In this document: in pieces, positions 36,714-48,409 of the stretch
Layout of the letters: each line of letters begins with the position of its first letter
Numbering within the stretch: position 1 is the first letter of the stretch
Origin: Mytilus edulis
Lineage: Eukaryota
DNA length: 64,000 bases
Assembly (NCBI RefSeq): GCF_963676685.1
Contig: NC_092351.1
Location: 31,000,001 to 31,064,000 of the forward strand
Direction of reading: 5' to 3'
Made by a program: the position numbers and the translations under genes
The notes under the pieces: generated by a model
Database searches by the model: none
Told to the model about the DNA's origin: nothing
What the model saw: the letters and a program-made list of their open reading frames with translations, nothing else

Positions 36714-38418
36714 ATGTCACGTGCATTAACCATTTGCCTCATAGTTGTTGCAGTCATTATGCAAATGAAAGGTACATTTTAAAATCATAAATTTTATTAC
36801 ATGCAGTCGAAAATTACCTATTTGTCCAATATATATACCTCTTATTTATCTATTTCTTTAATGGCGAGTTTTATAATGAGAAATTGTTTTCCTTTTGATT
36901 TATTGGTAAAGTGATAAAAACTTGGTCATGTATCAGTGCATCCAAACATTGTTTCTGGAATTCCAATTAGTGGGTTCATTGAAGATGATTAAAGTGGGTA
37001 GAAAACTCCATCGAACATTAAGCAAATATGGAACAAATGAGTCAATATCATTTGTGGATGGTGATGAGTTGCCTAACATATGGTATCTGTATACTGTACC
37101 TCTACACCTTGTGTCTGTTTACTGTTCAATCTTTGTTGTTTGTTTTATGCATGTTTTGTATTGTTTTTGATCGTTAGATCTTTTTTTAGTATCGGCCACG
37201 ATTTTGTACTCCTGGTCGATTTTTCTGATTTTTTCTCTCGGTTAATTTAAGAACGTCAATATAAAAAAGGACATTAAAACACCAGACATTTGTAACGGTG
37301 AAGAACATTTTACACAGATTTTATACTTTCAATTGATGAATTACTAGCGATTTGAGACTGACATTAAACAAGAAACGGAACCGACACAAACGTATTTAAT
37401 TTGTCTGAAGATACTAATGCCAGTTGGCACGATGTCAGAAAATTGTCAATAATTTATGTTATGTTTATTGTGCAGCTTTTATAAACATAACATAAAACAG
37501 CTTGTATAATTGTACCCTTCGTTGAAGCAATTGATCATTTATTGCACTATAAGAATTTATTGTAAGTATAGAACGGATCCCACTAGGTATACCATAATGA
37601 GAAAACAAAAAACAAAAATCTTAATGACACAAAAATCTAAATCATTATTAGACATATGCATAGTACTTTACAATAAAAACAGAATTATCACAGTATGCTT
37701 AACTCTAAACCGTTCTGATTGTTGTCTATAACAAATACTCAAAAATTTTGGATTAATTGTATATTTCGCATTCGTTTTTACAGAAAATGCAAATGCCACA
37801 ATTCAACTAACAGCAACCTCTTACCTGCAAACATTTGTATCTCATGATACGTACGATGGAAAAATATATTATCCGGAAGGGTAAGTAAGATTGTAAAACT
37901 GAACTGTCTTATATAATAGACGAATCACAACGGAATTGAAATAAAAAGAAACAGAATTGTTTGCGTGTACACCTAAGGTAAAAACAAAAACGGTGTTCGA
38001 CGTCTGTCATGGAATAATTGTGTTTTTATACGAAACAAAACAAAAACAAAAACAATAAAAAAACGTTCTTGTCTGTTTACATTCATATCATTCAAAACGA
38101 TAACGAACATATAAGGGAGCTTCAAATATAAGAAACCGAGGTGTAGCGATTTTCATCTGTTATACTGATTAAAAAGACAAGCTATAACACAAGCATGCCT
38201 GCGAAACATTGTTTTTGAAAGTCTACATCGATTATAGAAAACAAAATATTTACTCCTTTGAGTCAATTTTATGTTCTTATTTCGTTTCAGAAATTATTCC
38301 CGCGACTGGTTGATTACAGGACATGAACTGAATAACGTTATCACATTAGAAATCCTAAACTGTACCCTAGAGACCGCTAAAGGAATGTGTTTATTTGATT
38401 ACATATTTATTTATGACG
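36714..38418 (+). CDS. Second CUB-domain paralogue; only coding exons 1-3 found (partial or pseudogene)
   Basis: Exons 36714-36771 (MSRALTICLIVVAVIMQMK), 37784-37880 (ENANATIQLTATSYLQTFVSHDTYDGKIYYPEG) and 38291-38418 (NYSRDWLITGHELNNVITLEILNCTLETAKGMCLFDYIFIYD). Exon sizes (58/97/128 nt) and phases equal those of the 15968-22545 gene. Confidence 0.82.
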
Positions 38419-38570
38419 GTATGTAGTAGTTTAAGTAACCGACTGAATTGCAGTCCGTCATTCTTTAATGATTCTTTATGTCTTTCGTTTTCTTATGACA
38501 CACTTTTTTTTATTACGGTGGTTAGTCATGTTAGTAATCAATGACAAAGATAAAAATAAAAAAGTGAAAT

Positions 38571-38648
38571 AGCGTCACTGATCAGTCTTATGTAGATGAA
38601 ACGCGCGTCTGGCGTACTAAATTATAATCCTGATAACTTTCATAACTA
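38571..38648 (+). repeat. Retrozyme fragment with a mutated hammerhead (CUGAUCA core)
   Basis: AGCGTCACTGATCAGTCTTATGTAGATGAAACGCGCGTCTGGCGT. Confidence 0.7.
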
Positions 38649-39075
38649 AATTCATAATTTAATCATGGTAACTCAATATCTTTTTTCCCTCAGTTGTATG
38701 ATTAATAATCAATAACCACATGTGTTACACAACATTTCATTAAGGGCATATGATACAGTTAAAAGGGAGGTAATGACGTTGCTAACGTAAGTCTTTATTT
38801 TTTCGCGACGTCAGACTATGATATTTCGGGAAAAGATGCATTTTTAATGATATGTATCATTCAAACTGATTTAGATTAAAAACGAGTTCGTGGATCCCCT
38901 CTATTCAAAATGACATTTGTACTTATTTTCATGATAACGTCAACTATGCAATTAAAAAAATTAAACAACAAATATACAGCACAACATGACGTTTCTTTCT
39001 AATTCATGAACATTGGATGAACATAAGTTATTTTCTTAAATTAAAAATGCCTAAATTAATATGATACTCTTTTGT

Positions 39076-40104
39076 CAATCCTGGTATCTATGATGTGCCC
39101 AATATTCAGCGCTTCTGTGTTGACTTGAGCTATCATTGACATGTTCATAATTATAAATTAACTGTTAACAAAACTTTGAATTTTTGAAATACTTAAGCTT
39201 TTCTACTTCAGGAATAGATAACCTTAGCTGTATTTGGCAAAACTTTTAGGAATTGTTTATTTTTGATTCGTGCGTCACTGATGAGTCTTTTGTAGACGAA
39301 ACGCGCGTCGTCTGGCGTAAATATAAAATTTCAATCCTTGTATCTACATTGTATGATGAGTTTACTTACAACCACTGGGTCGATGGCACTGTTGATGGAG
39401 ATTGATTCCCCCGAGGGTATCACCAGCCCAATAGTCAGCACTTCTGTGTTGACTTGATTTATCATTGACATGTTCATAATTATAAATTAACTGTTAACAA
39501 AACTCTGAATTTTTGAAAAACTGAGGCTTTTCTACTTTAGGAATAGCTTACCTTAGCTGTATTTGGCAAAACTTTAAGGAATTTTTGGTCCTCGATGATC
39601 TTCAACTTGGTATTTTTTTTGGCCTTTTAAACATGTTCGATTCGAGCGACACTGATGAGTCTTTTGTAGACGAAACGTGCGTCGTCTGGTGTAAATATAA
39701 AATTTCAATCCTGGTATTTATGATTAGTTTCTTTACAAACAACTGGGTCGATGCCACTGCTGGTGGAGATTTATTTCTCCGAGGGTATCACCAGCCTTAA
39801 TAGTCAGCACTTCTGTGTTGATTTGAGTTATCATTGAAATGTTCATAATTATAAATTAGCTGTTAACAAAACTTTGAATTTTTGAAATACTCAGGCTTTT
39901 ATTCTTCAGGAATAGATTACCTAAGCTGTATTTGACAAAACTTTTAGGAATTTTTGGTCCTCAATGCTCTTCAACTTGGTATTTTATTTGGCCTTTAAAT
40001 ATTTTTTATTCGAGCGTCACTGGTGAGTCTTTTGTGGACGAAACGCGCGTCGTCTGGTGTTAATATATTCAATTTTAATCCTGTTATCTATGATGAGTTT
40101 ATTT
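39076..40104 (+). repeat. Tandem non-LTR retrozyme array (about 370-nt units, three hammerhead motifs)
   Basis: Hammerhead motifs at 39272-39318 (intact CUGAUGA), 39646-39692 (intact core, weakened stem I) and 40014-40060 (CUGGUGA); spacings 374 and 368 nt. Confidence 0.88.
39272..39318 (+). ncRNA. Type I hammerhead ribozyme
   Basis: GCGUCA-CUGAUGA-GUCU UUUGU AGAC-GAAA-CGCGCGUCG-UC-UGGCGU. Confidence 0.85.
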
Positions 40105-41751
40105 ATAAAATTATAATTTCAAATAAATTAACAAAAGACAGCTTGTGTTTATCTTATAGTACGAAACAAGTTATGTATATCTGTCAAAGGAAAAATACGC
40201 CCACTTATCCGAATTTAGAGAAAATATCATTTTACTAAGAAAGTAGCACGTGAAGGTATATGTTTTTTACAACTTGTTTGATTGAATTCGGTAAAAATAG
40301 CCTATATCCAAATTTTCATCAAAATATCATCATGGAATCGAAACTGTATGTTGTGGCCTTAATGCGAACTGTACGTAATGAACTACGTACCCTACAGATC
40401 TTTTTAAAATTTTACATATGGAATCTGCTTGTAAAACTAAACTAGAAAATAAAATAATAAAGGGAGTAACCATCTAATCCAAAAAAATCGCAAGATATCT
40501 TTGTATTTTTAATATTCTATATTTTGGTTGATCCACACATTTCTTTTTAAAATTGATACAGTATTCAAAATTGATCGACGAGTCTGTTGATGCCAAACAA
40601 TCCTTAACAACTGTACTTCTTTTCAAGCTATTCGCTGTGGACGTTTTGTGTTTAGCAAGGGACATATTCGGCAACACTAATGTCGACACAACTAATACGT
40701 TAGAACTCTATTATACTTTGTTGTTCTCGCCTGCTCAGACGATCCGTAATTTTCGTATCATAGCTCTGAGTCGAGAGCAGGCATTATCGGCGATTTCATA
40801 ATGTATGAGAAGAAGTAATCAGCAACGTCCACGTGTGTGAGGAGACATTATCACGCTAAATTTCGTAAAACTGTCTTCGAAAGGGAGAACAAGACAACTT
40901 ATAGAACCATAAACAGATAATTTGGTTTACTTCGTATATATATCGTAAATATCAGCTGCTCGACACAATGTGAAGCGTTTTAGCTCGTTTACTGCGCTCA
41001 ATCGACAAAAGAGTCAAGATTATGGCTCGCAGCTGATATTTTACGATATCAATGTGTAGAAAATCCCAATAATCTATCGTATAGGGTCGTAATAAAATCG
41101 TGAATGTGCATCACCCACTTTCCTAATAAATGAAAATGCGCAAGTGTAATAAATTGATACAAATATAAACTGACTGTGCTGACAAAAATAGAGGCATCCC
41201 CGTAACAGTGAGGACAACCGAAATACTTATGTTTGTAATAATACTGAATCATGTATTTTTAACTTGTTTGTTATCTATACCAATTATTTTACGTTCTCTC
41301 AGTATGTCAGAGACCTTCCGGTGGGAAATTTAGATACTAAAAAGTTCATGCAGTGCAAGAAACGAAGAAAAAGATTTTTTAAGTAGTGAACATTAAAATC
41401 AACAAACTAGGGTAAGTCCTCTGCTGCAAGTGATTCGTATTATTTGATGTATGCGTTAAGAATCTTTGGTGGCCTCCCGGTTTGGATGTCTATAACAAGT
41501 ATGATGTGATAATCCAGCGTTGCAAAGTATTGTTCACATAATCTGACCTAGTCAATTTATTAAAACATACACCTAATATATGATACTTTAAGATGATGTC
41601 ATTTGTTTTTGAAGCAGTTCAGTGTTTCTGTGGTTCGGTTGTTTTCCTCTCAACGTTTATATGTTTCTAACAGTTTTGGTTTGTGACCCGAATTTGTTTT
41701 CGGTCAATCGACTTTTGAACAGCTGTATACTACTGTCGCCTTTTTATGGCA

Positions 41752-42092
41752 TAGTTATCAAAGGTACCAGGATTATAATTTAGTACGCCAGACGCGCGTT
41801 TCGTCTACATAAGACTCATCAGTGACGCTCAAATCAAAAATATTTATAAACCCAAACAAGTACAAAGTTGAAGAGCATTGAGGATCCAAAATTCCTAAAA
41901 GTTGTGCCAAATACGGCTAAAGTAATCTATGCCTGGCATAAGAAAATCCTTAGTTTTTCAAAAAAATTCAAAGTTTTGTATACAGGAAATTTATAAAAAT
42001 GACCACATTATTGATATTCCTGTCAACCCCGAAGTGTTGACTACTGGGCTGGTGATACCCTCGGGGACGAAACGTTCACCAGCAGTGGCATC
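41752..42092 (-). repeat. Retrozyme monomer (about 350-nt subfamily) with an intact hammerhead at 41785-41828
   Basis: Minus strand reads GCGUCA-CUGAUGA-GUCU UAUGU AGAC-GAAA-C GCGC G-UC-UGGCGU. Confidence 0.88.
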
Positions 42093-42155
42093 TGTATAGC
42101 ATTATGTAGATTGTGTTGCTACAGACATGTATAAAGTTAATATTATTAATGTACT

Positions 42156-42305
42156 TGTGTAATGCTCTATAAATGTACATATGGCGATGTTATGAGAATG
42201 TATCTAGTATTGCTAAAGAAATGTATATAATTTAATGTTATACATGTATGTGTGTAATGCTATATAAATGTACCTATGGCGATGTTATGGGAATGTATCC
42301 AGTAT
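42156..42305. repeat. Short tandem duplication (period about 95 nt)
   Basis: TGTGTAATGCT.TATAAATGTAC.TATGGCGATGTTATG.GAATGTATC.AGTAT occurs at 42156 and 42251. Confidence 0.75.
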
Positions 42306-42694
42306 AATGCAAAAATTAACCTAGTGTGTTTTTATCAATATAAGATATAAGCAAGGAAATGTGGTTTGATGATTCCAAATAAGACAATTACCCGCAACTG
42401 TTCACTGCCTTAATACGATAATGATGATAATGCCGCCGATGACGATGCTTAGTTTCTATGTAATGTTTTGTTTGATGTCTTTGATTGTTTAAAGTCATAG
42501 AGAACCCTTATTCAACGTCTTGCTTGATCAACACACACATTCTTATGTTGTTTGATAATTCGTGATCTCCAATTAAGCGCCACTATGAGTAATTCAGTCC
42601 AGTGGAAACTCAATTCTTCCCAAAACATTTGTGATATCAATTCTGGTTTGATTTTGATTAATTTCGTAGGAATATAAGCATAATTGTCGCATTT

Positions 42695-43106
42695 TTATGT
42701 AGACGAAACGCGTGTCTGGCGTATCAAATTATAATCCTGGTACCTTTGATAACTATTTACACCACTGGGTCGATGCCACTGCTGGTGGACGTTTCGTCCC
42801 CACGGGTATCACCAGCCCAGTAGTCAGCACTTCGGTGTTGACATGAATATCAATTATGGGGTCATTTTTGTAAATTTCCTGTTACAAAACTTTGAATTTT
42901 TCAAAAACCTAAGGATTTTCTTATTCCAGGAATAGATTACCTGAGCCGTATTTGGCAACTCTTTGGAAATTTTGGGTCCTCATTGCTCTTCAACTTTGTA
43001 CTTGTTTGGCTTTATAAATATTTTGATCTGAGCGTCACTGATGAGTCTTATGTAGACGAAACGTGCGTCTGGCGTATTAAATTATAATCCTGGTACCTTT
43101 GATAAC
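42695..43106 (+). repeat. Retrozyme copy: 353-nt unit between a 5'-truncated hammerhead and an intact one (43032-43075)
   Basis: GTAGACGAAACGCGTGTCTGGCGT ends at 42722 and GCGTCACTGATGAGTCTTATGTAGACGAAACGTGCGTCTGGCGT ends at 43075. Confidence 0.88.
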
Positions 43107-43200
43107 CATTTGTTCATATTTTTTTTAAAGCCGTTTTACTTGTATTGTGTACTTTCTTCTGCGTGCCTAAAACATAAAGTAACATCAAAATAGTACTGAA

Positions 43201-44620
43201 CTCAGAGACACTTGTCTCAGAATTATTTTCTCTATATACCTTAATATAACACAAGGTACTTAACTAAATATTTTGAAAAATGACACCCAGTCCCGAATTC
43301 CCGTTATTTTTCGATTTCTCGGTTGTCAAACCTACTTAAACTTAATATGCCGTAAATCTAAATTGATTTATCTACACAATGGTATATGACACGACTATCA
43401 TTGTTGTCGGGATCATTAGTAGCAGGTCTCAGAAGTCGGTCAACGGGATTTTTTTTGCATTCGTCTCAAGCTTTGGCAACACCCAGTCCGCATGTAATTT
43501 TATACTGGTTTCTCATTGATCAATCGTCTGGCTAAACATTAATGTGGGAAATTTTGGTCAATTTATAACTCTACATTAGTGTCATTGTGTACACGTGTGT
43601 TTCATAACAAAATGAATGTCAAACAGCTTATAGCATTGAATGAGGTAAAAAATGGTCATAACCTTTTGCTTCTGGGGCAAAGTGGAACGGGGAAGAGCCA
43701 TTTGGTCTGTACTATAGAACAATAACTAAAAAAAGGGGGGAAAACGGTCGCAGTCACAGGAACAACGGGAGTGGTTTCCTTGAATATAGGTGGGATTACT
43801 GTCCATTCCTTCTCCGGTATAGCAGATGGTCATTTTTCAAATGACAAACTATTACAACAATTGACTATTGATGAATATTTTCAAAAATACAAGGGGTTCT
43901 GCAAGTTTAGGATTTTAAAAATGTCAATTTACCATTCAAATAAGGATTGACATATGTTTTTGTTTTGTTTTCCCTACTCAAAATGATATCAAAATGTTAT
44001 TAGAAATATACATACCATGAACAAATAGCATTATTACCTGAATACATCTTTTCATTCAGTTCCATGATACTTCAAAATTTCTCGCTTTTCAAACCTTTTG
44101 GAGTTATCTCAATATCTTATGTAAAGTCCAGAGAGAGTCTGAATGATGTCAATAAAATGGGAAAATCTGAGTTCTAAAATTAGAAACTCCTGACACATTC
44201 GACAGACCTCAAAAAACACTTATTTGGGTTTGTTTCACATAATCTGTAAAGAATTTACAATAAAGATAATAATTTATAGTCAGAGGGAAGCTGACAGTTT
44301 GTATTTTAATAATTTTTATAATAATTCAATCACTGCGGGCTGGGTGTTGCCAAAGCTCGAGACGAATGCAAAAAAAAATCCCGTTGACCGATTTCTGAGA
44401 CCTGCTACTAATGATCCCGACAACAATGATAGTCGTGTTATATACCATTGTATAGATAAATCAATTTAGATTTACGGCATATTAAGTTTAAGTAGATTTG
44501 ACAACCGAGAAATCGAAAAATAACGGGAATTCGGGACTGGGTGTCATTTAAAAAAAAAAAAAGTACCTTGTGTTATATTAAGGTATATAGGAAATTTTTT
44601 TTCTGAGACAAGTGCCTGTG
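43201..44620. mobile_element. Long-TIR (about 290 bp) DNA element carrying a PIF1 helicase remnant
   Basis: 43201-43492 is the reverse complement of 44334-44620. The right terminus reads CACAGGCACTTG inward. Confidence 0.85.
43612..43893 (+). pseudogene. PIF1-family helicase N-terminal fragment
   Basis: MNVKQLIALNEVKNGHNLLLLGQSGTGKSHLVCTIEQ*LKKGGKTVAVTGTTGVVSLNIGGITVHSFSGIADG contains motifs I, Ia and Ib. Stop at 43723-43725; truncated before Walker B. Confidence 0.85.
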
Positions 44621-47191
44621 GATTTCTCACAAAATTTGATATTTGAATATTGAAAAGTATGACTATAAAGTAAACAAACATACAACAACAATCCTCTGGA
44701 GCTCTGTTTCACTTTTACCCGTGTAATGATTGCTACTTAGTTCACACTCCCGTTAAGGACTTCACGATGAACTAGCCTAATTTCGCTTCTGAAATAACAT
44801 TTTTCGTGAATGGAGCTTTTGATTCAAATTAAGTCAGTAATAGACATTTACCTGACTGGAATTATTTTCACAGGTGCCTATTTTGAATTCCGCCAAAAAG
44901 GCAATGATAATCGTTTTAATTCAATATTGAAATACTATCGTTCTGTGGTTTACATTATCTCCCTACATAGAAATAGTTTTAACCGATCGCTCTGTGTAAG
45001 TTTTGTCAAGAAAAATTTTATCATTCAATTTTGTTAGTTTGTGCGCGAATATTTCCTTATTGTAAACCATGTTAACTAGACACAGCCGACGTACCGTACG
45101 AAAAAAATCGTTACAAATTGAATTTTGTTCGAGTTGTGTTTTCAACAAAATGATTTAATATTGTCCGGTGCTCACGAAGGTTAATAAAAGCCTTCTTCTT
45201 CTTCTCATCCATCTTCACGTTATTTCCTCCGAACTTGGATCGTATACAGCGAGCTGTATTTATTTAACGGATCAGTTCAAAATTAATATATTCTCATAAA
45301 AGTTATATTTCATTGTTTAAATATTGCAAATCAAGAAACAATTATTTACGTAATCTGATGTACAGTAGTTGTCGTTTGTTTATGTAATTTATACGTGTTT
45401 CTCGTTTTTTATATAGATTAGACCGTTGGTTTTCCCGTTTGAATGGTTTTGCAAGTTAGTAATTTTGGGGCCCTTTATAGCTTGTTGTTCGGTGTGAGCC
45501 AAGGCTCCGTGTTGACGGCCGTACATTGACCTATAATGGTTTACTTTTATAAACTGTTATTTGGATGGAGAGTTGTCTCATTGGCACTCACACCACATCT
45601 TCCTATATATATATAAGCCTTGTATAATAAAAATTTATAGGACACCTCGTTGATGAACGCCGTGGTGTATATCATTAGACAAAGCTAATACTAACTTCTC
45701 CCTTCCATGCTACTAGTGAAGTACCATTGTTTTACAGGTTCTAAATAATGTTGCACAAATTCCAGATGAATTCTTATTTTATCCGTGATGATATAGCCTG
45801 TCCATTAATATTCCGAGACTAACGTCAAATGACTTCTGACTGTTTAAATTGTTTTTACAAGACAAGTCAATGAAAGAGACAAAGATAAAAAATAAACCCT
45901 GAAAAAAAAACATACAGACCAGAGGACAACACTATACAACAAAACAACGACTCCAAATTCAGCGGGATGTTCGATACCTGTTAAATGTCAAAAGTGAATT
46001 TGTAAGCTCTGAGAGATGTTTTTATCGTCACGAGAGTGGGCATTGGATAAGACAATGTCCAAATGCCACAGTAAATCAAAAGAAAAAGATTAGTATAAAT
46101 AATGCGTACACTTTTAGCTACCTTGAATCGAACGCACCTCTGTTGTGTAAACAAATATCAGCCGATTTGTAATGCAAAATACACACACTTATATGTTTCA
46201 AGGTAACGGTACATGTGTAGGCATTTTAGGTTCATGTGGACTGGGCTAAAATGTCATCTCAAAATTTTACTCCGAGTACATAAAGCATAAAACATATTTG
46301 AATTGTATTTATCTAGGGCATGCTATGCCTTTTAAAACTTTTCCAGATGATCAGGTTTGTGTGTACTCAGAGTAAATTTTGAGGTGAAATAACAGCCATT
46401 TTAGCCAAAGGGGCCCAAACGAAACTTAACAGAAAATGTAAACTGGCAGAAAGAGATAGGTGATACAAAGTGGTTTATATGATAGAAAATGGGTATACTA
46501 TACCATTAATTTAGCATTTAACATTCGAGAAAGAGAACAAGAAAACTATAAAACTGCACAGGACATATATAATTTTGTCGCCAGTGAGTTAAAAAAAACC
46601 TTTTAGAAAAAAAGGTTGTATACGTCTATTAAGAATCAAACCTCACGCAGTTAATCTATTGACTGTAGCAAATAACAAAGGCTCAAAATCAAGATTGGTT
46701 TTTAGATGCGAGACACTTAAACCCACATTTTGCAAAACTGAGACACACAAATGAAGACGACACAAATGCCAGACAGTTGTTTGAAAGAAGAAACTAGTGA
46801 TTTAATTTTTTTTTTAAATCTTACCAAATACAAAAATGTAAAGCAGATACATTTTATGTAATATTCATATAGGCAAATTTACTACGAGTAAAATGTTTTG
46901 CCATTTGGACTATTCTCTAGTGGGTATGTATTTACCAAAGTAATGAGACAGTTCGTTCGAAAATGGAGAGGAAGAGGAATTCAAATCGCTATACATTTGA
47001 ATGATGGTCTTGGTGGAGTTCATTGAAAACAATATACCAAATATAAAGTCAATCCCTTCAATCACGAAAAAAAAGTCTGGAAAACTGATTTTTCGGATTG
47101 ACAAACGGACTGACGGAGTGCAAACCTAGTCTCCTTCGACTGCGTAGGTAAGGTCATGAGAGCTCTGATGAACACAGCAATACGCACAGTT

Positions 47192-48409
47192 AACCAGATG
47201 CTCCACATGGATCAGCTTTATACGATCGCAGAAGTCGAACCCTGAACAGTTGGGGCAAGTATGGACACAACATTCAAGCTTGATACAGCTCTGAATTTGG
47301 ATTGTGATCAAATAGTTGACACAGCAAAGGTTTCTGACACAGAGTGAATGTGGTCTAATGAACTTATTTTTTTTTGCTTTTGAGCAATACACTAAAGTGT
47401 AAAATTATTTTTTTAACCCCCCCCCCCCAGTTTTATTTACCCCCCCTCTTTTCCATTTTATTTCACCTCCCCCTTTCCCTGATTCCAAAAATAATCTGAT
47501 TTCAAAATTCTAATGCAGTTGGCAACAATAACTGCTCATTTACATACATCATAAAATATCAAAATATAAAATGACATACAGTCATGTCGGTTAAAATTAG
47601 TATTAATTAATATAGTAACTTCTAAAAATGAATTTACAGCTATACATCTCAAGACAATCATCATTTCTTAATACAAAATTTTGTAGCAGTGTAAGGGAGG
47701 TAATAACACATATATATGTAACAGTATTCCTTAAATCTTAATTGAATTTTTTTGCTTACACTGCTTTAAAATTGTCTAAATTGTCCTTTAAACAGAAAAC
47801 CCCTTATTTGTTCCTTATTGCTAAATGAATTGAACTTTAGCCCTCCCATAACCATAATTTTTGGTCCCCAGTTTATTGGAAAACCCCTTGGAGCAAGAAC
47901 CCTTAAACTTATGTCCAGTCTTTCCTTTGTAGTAAGAAACCTTATTGTATAATTTCAGAGAGATCCATACACTTAAACACAAGTTATTGTCTGTAAACTA
48001 CTAAAATGCTTCTTCTTGGCCTTTTTTTTGCTGTTTATTCCTACGTGTCCAGGGAAATAAACCCCAAACTCAATCCCAGCCTTCCCTTTGTTATTTGGAA
48101 CCTTGTGGTACAATGTCATCTAGAGATTCATACAGTTACACACAAGTTATTGTCCAGAACCTAGAAAAATGCTTGTTTTTTGGCCCCTTTTTGGCCCTTA
48201 AATTCTAGACTGTTGGTATTAAATATTGTAATACAATTTCAGAGCAATTCAAATACTTTACACAACTTATTGTACTGACACTAAATAAATGCTGATTTTG
48301 TGCCTCTTTTTCCTAAACCTTTGGGACATAACCCCCAAAACTTATATAGGACGACCACATAATACCAATATAAGACTCTTTTTTTTTTAATTTTTGCGGT
48401 CGCATAAAA
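47192..48409 (-). mobile_element. Helentron-type HINE, degenerate, same family as 60962-62984
   Basis: Starts AACCAGATGCTCC..GCTTTATACGATCGC, ends GCGGTCGCATAAAA, with decayed internal repeats. Confidence 0.75.

Noticed and set aside
44810-45037. Candidate missing exon 4 of the second CUB gene (acceptor near 44873)
   Set aside because: The translation shows no similarity to CUB exon 4 (no CG or F.TD..GF motifs).
47165-47190. CTGATGA matches here and near 18286, 20658 and 21205 as hammerheads
   Set aside because: No stem II followed by GAAA, and no closing stem I.
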